Positions 30,861 through 38,562 of a DNA stretch of 43,288 nucleotides are shown one piece after another (position 1 is the stretch's first letter; each line of letters starts with the position of its first letter). Location of the stretch: positions 1 to 43,288 of the IMG/VR virus record IMGVR_UViG_3300017912_000540; one strand, 5' to 3'. This DNA comes from a virus. Lineage: Duplodnaviria > Caudoviricetes. Under the pieces are notes generated by a model, which had not been told where the DNA came from, made no database searches, and worked only from the letters and a program-made list of their open reading frames with translations. Made by a program: the position numbers and the translations under genes.

Positions 30861-31039
30861 AAGTAAAGGACGTTATCTTTAATTACAAAATCTCTAGGTT
30901 CCTTGATATCAGGGAGTTCTGGTTCTTTCTTTTTGTCCTTGAATAACAAAGTTACTGAGTCTGTATAAGAACCAATAACATCAAATTCAAATGGGCAGTC
31001 ATTGTCGAGTAGCCACTCAATTAGTTTTGAATTGTTCAT
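30857..31039 (-). CDS. Hypothetical early protein
   Basis: Likely start MNNSKLIEWLLDNDCP; coupled to its neighbours. Confidence 0.65.
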   Translation of the reverse strand: MNNSKLIEWLLDNDCPFEFDVIGSYTDSVTLLFKDKKKEPELPDIKEPRDFVIKDNVLYL

Positions 31040-31314
31040 ACTCTTCCCCTTACCCATAGGTGTTCCTTCTTACCGAATTTTCCTATGGTGTACTTAGAAG
31101 TTTTTGTAAGACTTCCTTGTTTAGTTAAGTCAGACATAGCTCTTCTTATAGAAGTGATAGGACACTTAAGCTTGGTTAAGAAGTGAACCATTGAAGGACT
31201 TAAAGGTTCTTTAGCTGTTCTAAAGCATTCGAGAATTACATTCTCTTGCGTCCTTTTTAATGTATGAGCTGAAACCATTACAGTGGACACCTCATTTATA
31301 GTGTTGTAAAACAT
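31036..31314 (-). CDS. Small winged-helix DNA-binding protein
   Basis: PITSIRRAMSDL...G.L.K...G.FGK.E..W pattern. Confidence 0.65.
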   Translation of the reverse strand: MFYNTINEVSTVMVSAHTLKRTQENVILECFRTAKEPLSPSMVHFLTKLKCPITSIRRAMSDLTKQGSLTKTSKYTIGKFGKKEHLWVRGRV

Positions 31315-31348
31315 AGTCAGTAAAGCCCCGCTCTTTGCGTGGGCAATT

Positions 31349-31389
31349 GGATGGGAGGGAGTCGAACCCGTCCTTATGTCCTTGCATCC
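31349..31389 (-). ncRNA. tRNA-like element C
   Basis: GGATG-[11 nt]-GGA(C)GGG-TTCGACT-CCCTCC-CATCC-AATT, then a second hairpin at 31325-31344. Confidence 0.6.
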
Positions 31390-31555
31390 TTATAAATCCA
31401 GGTGGGCACACGTTTCCCTTGATCAAGAGCGTCCTTGCTTGATGAGTGTGTAAAAGCGTCCTTGCCCAAATAAAAATAAATAAAAAAAAAAGAAAGCGGG
31501 CTTATATAACGTGTTGATATCTAGAAAGAATCGTGTTGTTAATGCCGCGTATGTA

Positions 31556-32134
31556 TTACCCCCATTGACTAGCCATGGCATTGGCTATGCCTTGGTACGT
31601 TGTAGATCTAATCTTCCACCTATCAGGTGAAGGCGGTAAGTAATGAAGTCTTTGAGTTACCTTTTTAGGTAAGCCAGTCAAGTCCTTAATATCTGTAGGA
31701 ACTAAGGGGTCAAGACCACGTAACCAAAGCCCAGTCTTTTTAGTCTCGTAATGTCCATACTCATAGGGCTGAACATATTGAGTAGGCTTACCCAACTTGG
31801 ACTTAGTACTAAGTACTCCGACTGGATTTTCTATACATATGCGAGGGATGTCGCACTTATAGAGACGTTCGACAAACTCAATAGCCCGTTGCTGTCTGCC
31901 GTCCTTGATCTTGGCTGGGAAGTGGGCAGCTCCGCTGATAGCCAAGTCTGTACAAGGTGGGTGAAAGATCGCGAGATCCCAGTCACCATCAATAAAGTCA
32001 AAGATGTCTCCTTGATAGTGTTTATCAGTGGGCTGATCACTAGGTAGTAGGTCACAGCTCCACGCATTGTGTCCACGTTTAGCGAATGCTTCACGTACTA
32101 CACCGCTGTATTCACAGCCAATTAAAACGTTCAT
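31556..32134 (-). CDS. Short C5-cytosine DNA methyltransferase-like protein
   Basis: Variant motif I (GCEYSG), catalytic PPC and ENP; no obvious target-recognition domain. Confidence 0.75.
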   Translation of the reverse strand: MNVLIGCEYSGVVREAFAKRGHNAWSCDLLPSDQPTDKHYQGDIFDFIDGDWDLAIFHPPCTDLAISGAAHFPAKIKDGRQQRAIEFVERLYKCDIPRICIENPVGVLSTKSKLGKPTQYVQPYEYGHYETKKTGLWLRGLDPLVPTDIKDLTGLPKKVTQRLHYLPPSPDRWKIRSTTYQGIANAMASQWG

Positions 32135-32162
32135 GTTAGTAAAGTTTGCTTAAGTGGATAGG

Positions 32163-32834
32163 TTAGTTATTAACTAAAGTCTTATTAACTTCTTTCGCCT
32201 TGTTTCCATGTGCCAAGAAGGCAACAACACAAGTGCGCTTTGACTGTTGACATAAGCCACAATCTTTACAAGTCACGTCCCTAACTTGGGCTGGACATAC
32301 TACAACCTTGCGCCCTTTAGGTGTTTCAGTTGGTACATCCTTCGAGTTATCAACAACACATACCGTAGGTAAACCCTTATCAATAGCGTCATCGCATTGA
32401 GTCAACGACTCACATGAAGCATTGATGGTGAAGCCATTGTTGTTTGAATACTTCAAAGCTTCCACGTTATGGGTTATGAGTTTGTGATGTGTGTATGTAT
32501 AACCTCGTCGCCCTGAGTTAGCTTGCACTAGATCTTTTAATAGATCTAATCTTATGTGTCCCTCAAAGTGTGGCATGTCACCAGCTTGGTTATGTCTCCA
32601 TATTTGGTTAGGCTTTAAGCCTTTAACAAATTCAGTGAGACTATTCCAGTCTGTGCCTCGCTCCTTGTTGCTTACCTTTTGCCAGTGTTGACGTAGGTGA
32701 AAGCCTGACTTTGCATAACAACTACCGCCATAGAATGGGCATGTAGTTGGACAAGTACTCTCTTCGCTTGTTGTGACTGGCATTTTGCCTGTCTTGGCAT
32801 TAGAGGACAGCCTTGTTATATGTACTTGAACCAT
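32163..32834 (-). CDS. Cys-rich GP88/radical-SAM-like protein
   Basis: CPTTC...CYA, RHNQAGD, YTYTH and C-terminal CPAQ...CKDCGLC; likely start MVQVH. Confidence 0.6.
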   Translation of the reverse strand: MVQVHITRLSSNAKTGKMPVTTSEESTCPTTCPFYGGSCYAKSGFHLRQHWQKVSNKERGTDWNSLTEFVKGLKPNQIWRHNQAGDMPHFEGHIRLDLLKDLVQANSGRRGYTYTHHKLITHNVEALKYSNNNGFTINASCESLTQCDDAIDKGLPTVCVVDNSKDVPTETPKGRKVVVCPAQVRDVTCKDCGLCQQSKRTCVVAFLAHGNKAKEVNKTLVNN

Positions 32835-32870
32835 GAGTAAATAAAAGGCTACTCTCATTGAGTAGCAATT

Positions 32871-32909
32871 GATGTGGTCGGAGTTGAACCGACCTTAAAC
32901 CCTTACATC
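32871..32909 (-). ncRNA. tRNA-like element B
   Basis: GATGT-[10 nt]-GGTCGG-TTCAACT-CCGACC-ACATC-AATT, then hairpin GCTACTC/GAGTAGC and a U-rich tail. Confidence 0.6.
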
Positions 32910-33220
32910 TAGTAGGCATAACCATCAAGTGACTCGATTAATAATCGTTCGTCAGTGTTGACAGTGAAATTGGTGAGGTCATAGGTCATGACCCCTGTTT
33001 GTACGTTGTATCTGTTCTGTTGAACAGCACCCCTTAGTCCTTGAACCCAGAACCCAAGAGACATGCAGTCATTAATCATTAAATTAATGAGCTTTAATCT
33101 GCTGACGTTGCGGTATGTGTACTCGTTGCCGTTGCGATACCTAACAACTGCGACCTTACGTAAAGGACTAACTGCGATAGCTTCAACAGCTTTGCTGTAA
33201 CGTCTTTTGATAGTGAACAT
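32909..33220 (-). CDS. First early gene, hypothetical
   Basis: Likely start MFTIKRR; Y.NG.EY.Y.NVSR...SLGFWV motif. Confidence 0.7.
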   Translation of the reverse strand: MFTIKRRYSKAVEAIAVSPLRKVAVVRYRNGNEYTYRNVSRLKLINLMINDCMSLGFWVQGLRGAVQQNRYNVQTGVMTYDLTNFTVNTDERLLIESLDGYAY

Positions 33221-33280
33221 GGAATTAAAAATAAATTTACAATTTATCCTTGATTGCATGATATGCAAATGTGGATAAGT

Positions 33281-33326
33281 GGCAGGCATGGACTTGAACC
33301 ACGCTGTAAGCCTCATACTTACTGCC
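33281..33326 (-). ncRNA. tRNA-like element A
   Basis: GGCAG-[17 nt with TAAG/CTTA hairpin]-GCGTGG-TTCAAGT-CCATGC-CTGCC-ACTT. Confidence 0.6.
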
Positions 33327-33510
33327 TTGCTTCCGTTTAATGCTCCACTCTGTCCCCGACTACGTTCTTGTACTCGTCTTATCAGGTCTACAGCTTATCA
33401 AGGCTGCGCTGTTACGTTTTATCCTCGACTTGCTTTGCATCTAGGCAGTTTCGAGCTACTTAAGCCAGTTAACAATCGTTTTGATTGAAAGCTTGTTGTT
33501 ATGTCTTGAG

Positions 33511-33596
33511 AGATGGAATGTCGTTTAGTTTATTTATCTCTCTCACCTAATTCTTAGGAGAGATCAATAAAGTAAACGTAAATACATTCCCTATCT
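33511..33596. repeat. Long imperfect inverted repeat at the start of the early region
   Basis: GGAATGT/ACATTCC, CGTTTA/TAAACG, TTTATT/AATAAA, ATCTCT/AGAGAT and CCTAA/TTAGG nested around 33551. Confidence 0.75.
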
Positions 33597-33599
33597 GTT

Positions 33600-33930
33600 T
33601 CCCTATTCTAGCCTAATTTATCCCGATGTGGATAGATTGTTTAAAATTAGTTTGTCAAATCGCCCAGATTCCAGGTATAGCTTGGGATCTCAGGATTGTT
33701 ACAGAACATTAAGCAACAGGTCGCTTAACACAGGCGCACCTGTATAATGCGCGGCTGCCTGCGTTAATTGATCGCGTATGTGTCCATATGCACCCATCAC
33801 ACGCGCAATACGCATGCATACCACGTGTAATGCGCTGCTATGACTGGGTTCTCGCTGGATTACATATCTAGCGCGGGCACATCCGACCCCCCTACGGGGG
33901 TTTTTGCGACCTGACTACATCGTATATATG
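33600..33930. other. Non-coding junction, probable location of the physical genome ends/terminal repeat
   Basis: Gene-free, GC-shifted stretch between the last late gene (talC) and the first early gene; inferred from T7-like gene order. Confidence 0.6.
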
Positions 33931-33933
33931 ACC

Positions 33934-34578
33934 TCAGAAATTTATGCCAAAATCTATGGCAAATTGCTTAAGACCATCATCTGTTAAGTGATGACGAAAC
34001 ATTTTATCAAATACATTTACTGGTAATGTACATATATGAGCACCAGCTAGGTATGCATCTTCTGCTTGCTTAGGAGAACGTATTGAAGCAGCTAATATCT
34101 GTGTCTTAATGTTGTGAACACAAAAAACTCTAGCTATATCCTGGATAAGTTTAATACCATCCTCTCCTATCTGATCTAATCGCCCAACAAAAGGAGAAAC
34201 ATACGTAGCACCAGCCTGAGCACACAATATTGCTTGGCTAACACTAAAAACTAAGGTCATATTAGTCTTATGACCCAATATCGACAGTTTCTTACAGGCT
34301 TTAATACCTTCAATAGTACAAGGCAGTTTAATAGTCGCTACATCTCCGTACTTTCGACCATACAATATACCGTTAGCACATAATTCCTGTGCAGTCTCTC
34401 CTCTTACTTCTATAGAAAGATCTTTAACACGCATGTCATACAGTTCTTTATAGACCACATCTGGGTCTTCATTACTCTTCTTTATAAGAGTGGGGTTGGT
34501 GGTTACACCATCTATTATTTCGGTAGCTAATCTATCTTGTATATCAGTAGTAATAGCTGAATCCAGAAATATCTTCAT
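33934..34578 (-). CDS. talC: Transaldolase (TalC/FSA family), auxiliary metabolic gene
   Basis: KIFLDSA, GVTTNPTLI, IKLP, YVSPFVGRLD and LAASIR motifs. Confidence 0.97.
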   Translation of the reverse strand: MKIFLDSAITTDIQDRLATEIIDGVTTNPTLIKKSNEDPDVVYKELYDMRVKDLSIEVRGETAQELCANGILYGRKYGDVATIKLPCTIEGIKACKKLSILGHKTNMTLVFSVSQAILCAQAGATYVSPFVGRLDQIGEDGIKLIQDIARVFCVHNIKTQILAASIRSPKQAEDAYLAGAHICTLPVNVFDKMFRHHLTDDGLKQFAIDFGINF

Positions 34579-34655
34579 CTAAATAGTCCTATTCGGGTGA
34601 GTAAATATAGGGTTAAAACAGTCCAGAATATAATTTCTAATCCAACATTATCCAT
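34575..34655 (-). CDS. 26-aa single-TM microprotein coupled to talC
   Basis: MDNVGLEIIFWTVLTLYLLTRIGLFR*; stop overlaps the talC ATG (ATGA). Confidence 0.65.
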   Translation of the reverse strand: MDNVGLEIIFWTVLTLYLLTRIGLFR

Positions 34656-34926
34656 CTTTCTTCTCTGGATAGTAGCCAATAGTCCAGCCACCATCTTCTG
34701 TTTCTTTTACTTGTGCGTTAAAGATGCTGTCTTTTTCGTACATCTTGTCTTCCATCTCCTCCAGATAGTCTTCAATGGCTGTATCTACAGTTTGTTTAGA
34801 CACAATGTCTATGTATCTATCTTCTATGCCAATCAAGTAACCAAGTATTAGCCAGTTGAGTGGTTTCCAAGGAGTCTTTAGACTCTTGTATAGCTTTCTA
34901 AATCTTTCAAGTTTAAGTCTAGGCAT
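34648..34926 (-). CDS. Hypothetical protein
   Basis: 92 aa with PWKPLNWLILGYLIG segment. Confidence 0.7.
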   Translation of the reverse strand: MPRLKLERFRKLYKSLKTPWKPLNWLILGYLIGIEDRYIDIVSKQTVDTAIEDYLEEMEDKMYEKDSIFNAQVKETEDGGWTIGYYPEKKDG

Positions 34927-35100
34927 ATATAGTGATGTTAATAGAACTCTCTACTCAGAACCCTTTAGGGAAGTGGAGAGTAGTGTTTTAAAGTGATATC
35001 ATTCACGGATATCTATTAAAAGGAAGGAGTCGCTGGTTTTAGCAGTCTCACTCCTCCCCTACAAGGGTCCACCCTTCCCCTGTATACGTAGGGGTTAAGG

Positions 35101-36834
35101 TTAACTCCAGTTAGGGACTTCCTTTCCAGAAGCTTTACCTCTAGCTTGTTGTCTCTGGTTAACGTCCATTCCAAGCACTAAATGATTAGCACTTGACTGT
35201 GGATCATCTAGGAAACCCTGTAGTATATCGTTCCATTCTTCCTGTTTACGTAGGTCTATCTGTTTCTGTGCAGAGATAGACAAAGCATCTGTAAAGTATT
35301 TAACTCCCTGTGCCAGACAGTCAATGCGGTCATCGTGTTTAACTGCAAACTTCATCCGACACATACGGCTCATCTGGTAAAAGAGCATATAGAGGAGCCT
35401 ACTTTCAGGTGGACAGTCTTTGTTTGAGCTGTAATCCCAGTCAATAACCCCACGGTCAACAACAAGACGGTGCTGGTTAAGAACAGGTTCAAGCGAATCA
35501 ATAATCCTGTCTTCTTTTCGGACATTCGCACGTACTTCATCCACAAAGATTGCTTGTTTGGTTTGTTGAAGGTGTTTTTTAAAAAGTTCACTTACTATTC
35601 CATCTCCAAAGTTTGTCTCTACTACAAGTGTTGTAGCGTTATATTTCTTACAGCCTTTTAAAATATCGAGCAGGGTTGCATCTGAATACCCGTCTCTGTA
35701 GGCGCGCATTTCATGTAGGTATAAAAAGCCGTTCTTCTGGGAGAGATAGCATGCTGCTGTTTCGTCTGTTCCTCGTCCAGAGGGGTCAACGGAGCAGATT
35801 GTTTCTTGGTATGGAGTCCACTCTCCCTGTAATTGCATAGGTGAGTAAAAGTAATCACCTGGCAGTCCGACTGTTGGGGCATCTTTAATGATGTTTTGAG
35901 GATCGGAGCACCATATGACATTATCGGGTGCTTCAGTAGGATTAATACTGGTAACAACCAAGTCAGCCATTTTAAGAGGAAACTTTTCAGCATCACTGAG
36001 AGTTGTATCAAGCATGAACTGAAGCATGAAGTTGCTTCGTCCCATAGCTGACTCCCTTTGCTGTAGATCATCGTCATCAAACCTGTCAGGATCTGTAACT
36101 GTGCCTGATTCTGCTCCATTGTCTATATCTTCCTGTAATTGTGGTGCTATTAATCCTTCGTACGGTGTAATGTCTTTGGGGTATCTTGCCGGCCAGACAA
36201 ATGGTCGATAAGCCCGCTCTGCCAACTTACGATAAACAGTAAAAGTAGTCTGAGGAGTCCCGAGATACATAATACGGCTATCGTCTTTCGGCGTAAGGAT
36301 TGATTCGGCTTCGGTACAGAGTTGAAGAAGTTTTTCACGCATCAACTCCGTCATGCTGTTTCCGGGAACTTCTATGTCGTCCAGAATCATTAAGTCTGCA
36401 CGACTTCCAGTCAACTGACCTGTAATACCTACGGACTTTACCGAAGGTGCTTGGTGGGGTGAACATAAAACATCAAAAGATATACGTGACCAACGTGCAT
36501 CATCAGACTTAGGTCTTAGATGCTTTAGCCAAGGTGTTTCGATAATTAGCTTCTGTAAAAAGATGCTCATGTTGTCTGCTCTCTCTTTAGAGGCAGAAAT
36601 TATCATTATTTTTTTTTCCGCGTCATTAAAGAGTGTCCAAAGCACAAAAGCACCAGTAATCCAAGATTTACCAACACCTCGAAAGGCTTGAATCTGGAGT
36701 CTCTTGGGTCCGGACTGTAAGTAGTCTGCGATGGCATATTGTGCTCTAGTTGGAGAAGGTAGATCAAGCTGGTCCCATAATGCCTGTAGGAACAGCTTAA
36801 AATCGCCCTGAAGGGCTTTTAGAGTGTCATTCAT
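35101..36834 (-). CDS. gp19: Terminase large subunit (DNA maturase B)
   Basis: AFRGVGKSWIT, GSRAD..I.DD.E, DPSGRG.DET and HDDRID motifs. Confidence 0.97.
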   Translation of the reverse strand: MNDTLKALQGDFKLFLQALWDQLDLPSPTRAQYAIADYLQSGPKRLQIQAFRGVGKSWITGAFVLWTLFNDAEKKIMIISASKERADNMSIFLQKLIIETPWLKHLRPKSDDARWSRISFDVLCSPHQAPSVKSVGITGQLTGSRADLMILDDIEVPGNSMTELMREKLLQLCTEAESILTPKDDSRIMYLGTPQTTFTVYRKLAERAYRPFVWPARYPKDITPYEGLIAPQLQEDIDNGAESGTVTDPDRFDDDDLQQRESAMGRSNFMLQFMLDTTLSDAEKFPLKMADLVVTSINPTEAPDNVIWCSDPQNIIKDAPTVGLPGDYFYSPMQLQGEWTPYQETICSVDPSGRGTDETAACYLSQKNGFLYLHEMRAYRDGYSDATLLDILKGCKKYNATTLVVETNFGDGIVSELFKKHLQQTKQAIFVDEVRANVRKEDRIIDSLEPVLNQHRLVVDRGVIDWDYSSNKDCPPESRLLYMLFYQMSRMCRMKFAVKHDDRIDCLAQGVKYFTDALSISAQKQIDLRKQEEWNDILQGFLDDPQSSANHLVLGMDVNQRQQARGKASGKEVPNWS

Positions 36835-36849
36835 ACGAATGTGTATAGA

Positions 36850-38562
36850 TTATGTATTAAGACCCTTGAGGAACCTTGTAAGTGTATTTCTGTTCTTCTT
36901 TTTCTTAGCTCCTGTAGGTGCTTGTAAACGAGCAATATCTAAACCAGTATTACTTAGGTCTAATGCAGCTGATGCACCATCTCCGACAACAGGTATCCAG
37001 CCAATAGCTCCACTTAATGCAGCTATACCAGCTTGGTCCCATCTACCACGTTTTAAGTAATCCCAAGACTCTTTGCTAGACAACAATATGTCTAATCCTG
37101 GAATCATCTTGGCTGCGGATTTAGCACCTCTTTCAGCTACTAATTTAGTTATCTGTTTAGCTACTCTTGCTTGTGCTTGTTTGTTTTGTAGAGCTTTAAA
37201 AGTTCCATAGGTTGCTGCACCTATACCAGCTCCTACATAGTTACCTGTACTTACGTTTAAACCTATGTTTGCTAGTTGGTCTGCATCTCTGAGCTTACCT
37301 AGACCAGAATAGTTCTTTACGTTTTCCATTCCTTTAAGGAATCCGTTTTTACCGTTCTTACCATTAACAGCGATGCCGTTACCGTTCTTACCGTTAACGC
37401 CGTTACCATTACCATTACCATTTACTCCGTTACCGTTTTTAGGCGTGTAATTAACTTCATAGGTTTCTGGCGGATTTGCAAGAATGTCAGAAAGTCCACT
37501 ATATTTATTAGTTTTCTTTTGAACTCCTAAGATTTGTTGTATGGGAGTTTTCTTTGGTTTTTTAACTACTTGACCGTCAACTATCTCAAAGTCTGACTGT
37601 AATTTACCTTCTGGTATTTCTTGCTGATCTAATTCAAATTTAGTTCTATTCTTAGCTATTTCAGCATTAGGGTCACTAATTCCTGAAGCAGCATCAACTA
37701 CTTGTGATCCTTTTAACTCATAACCTTTAGGTAACAAGTTTGGGTCCATTCCTTGTTGTCTTAAATGCCAATCTGTAAATGATTGCATCCAAGATTCTGG
37801 TATACCTAATTGTCTGGCTAAATTTCTATCAGCAGAAAAAGGTGTTGAACCTTTAGATCTGTTTGCTGCACTAGGTTCAGGAGCTGCATTAATACCAACA
37901 TTAGGTCCATCTAATTTAGATGGTATAAAATGACCAATATCAAAACTTAAACCAGAATTAGCTTTTATAGCTCTATTTCTTTCACCAATTGCATTCCAAC
38001 TGGCTCTCATTTCTTTAGCCCATTTATCACCTAAACCAGGCTCTAAACTATTTGCATATTTAATAACTCTCTGAGATACTTTGTCTTGAAAATATCTTCG
38101 GTCAAAAGATAGCTTACCTTTATCATTAACCTTAATTGGTAGACCTTTCCATCTCATTTTAGAGATTTGGTCCATTATTTCAGGGTTAGCTTTTTGTGCA
38201 GGGGTTAGCTTTGAAATAGCTTCTTTCTGCACCATCTTAGATAAAAGTTCTTGCCTATATTTATTAAAAAAAGCAATTCTGAATCCTTTATCGTTTTTTA
38301 CACTAGGATCTTCTTTAGCAATTTTATTCCATATTGCATATAGCTGTTTCTGTAACTGATTTTTTAATTGTTCAGCACTTTTAAACTTTTTAGGAATTAA
38401 TCCTTGTTTTCTATATTCTTTAAATAAAAATTCTAAATGCTCTGATTTATTTAAGTTTGTAGCTAATAAGGGTACGTCTTTTCTTAATTTTGCTCCAGCT
38501 ATAGTATCTTTTTGAAAACCTTTCTGGATTTTCTCATATACCTTCTGTTTTTCGCGTGACAT
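36850..38562 (-). CDS. 570-aa multidomain protein: basic N-terminus, HNH-like motif, GN repeats, Gly/Ala-rich hydrophobic C-terminus
   Basis: DIGHFIP...G.N...N......ANRSKG; NGNGVNGNGNG; KMIPG...IGWIPVVGDG. Confidence 0.7.
   Translation of the reverse strand: MSREKQKVYEKIQKGFQKDTIAGAKLRKDVPLLATNLNKSEHLEFLFKEYRKQGLIPKKFKSAEQLKNQLQKQLYAIWNKIAKEDPSVKNDKGFRIAFFNKYRQELLSKMVQKEAISKLTPAQKANPEIMDQISKMRWKGLPIKVNDKGKLSFDRRYFQDKVSQRVIKYANSLEPGLGDKWAKEMRASWNAIGERNRAIKANSGLSFDIGHFIPSKLDGPNVGINAAPEPSAANRSKGSTPFSADRNLARQLGIPESWMQSFTDWHLRQQGMDPNLLPKGYELKGSQVVDAASGISDPNAEIAKNRTKFELDQQEIPEGKLQSDFEIVDGQVVKKPKKTPIQQILGVQKKTNKYSGLSDILANPPETYEVNYTPKNGNGVNGNGNGNGVNGKNGNGIAVNGKNGKNGFLKGMENVKNYSGLGKLRDADQLANIGLNVSTGNYVGAGIGAATYGTFKALQNKQAQARVAKQITKLVAERGAKSAAKMIPGLDILLSSKESWDYLKRGRWDQAGIAALSGAIGWIPVVGDGASAALDLSNTGLDIARLQAPTGAKKKKNRNTLTRFLKGLNT

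Noticed and set aside
31349-33326. Elements A-C as true tRNA genes or extra att sites
   Set aside because: They have no D-arm or anticodon arm and no CCA, the stems are 5+6 rather than 7+5 bp, and their self-contained pairing argues against simple tRNA 3'-end remnants.
33355-33460. Hammerhead ribozyme (CTGATAA/TTGATAA and CGAAAC present)
   Set aside because: I could not build stems I-III in the register required around the core; an Infernal search would settle it.
33653-33658. Consensus sigma70 promoter from a minus-strand TTGACA
   Set aside because: There is no acceptable -10 hexamer at 16-18 nt spacing; the TAGAAT lies about 42 nt away.
37337-37436. CRISPR-like or non-coding repeat (CCGTTA/CCATTA runs)
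   Set aside because: It is an in-frame Asn-Gly coding repeat with no spacers; no CRISPR array was seen in the window.
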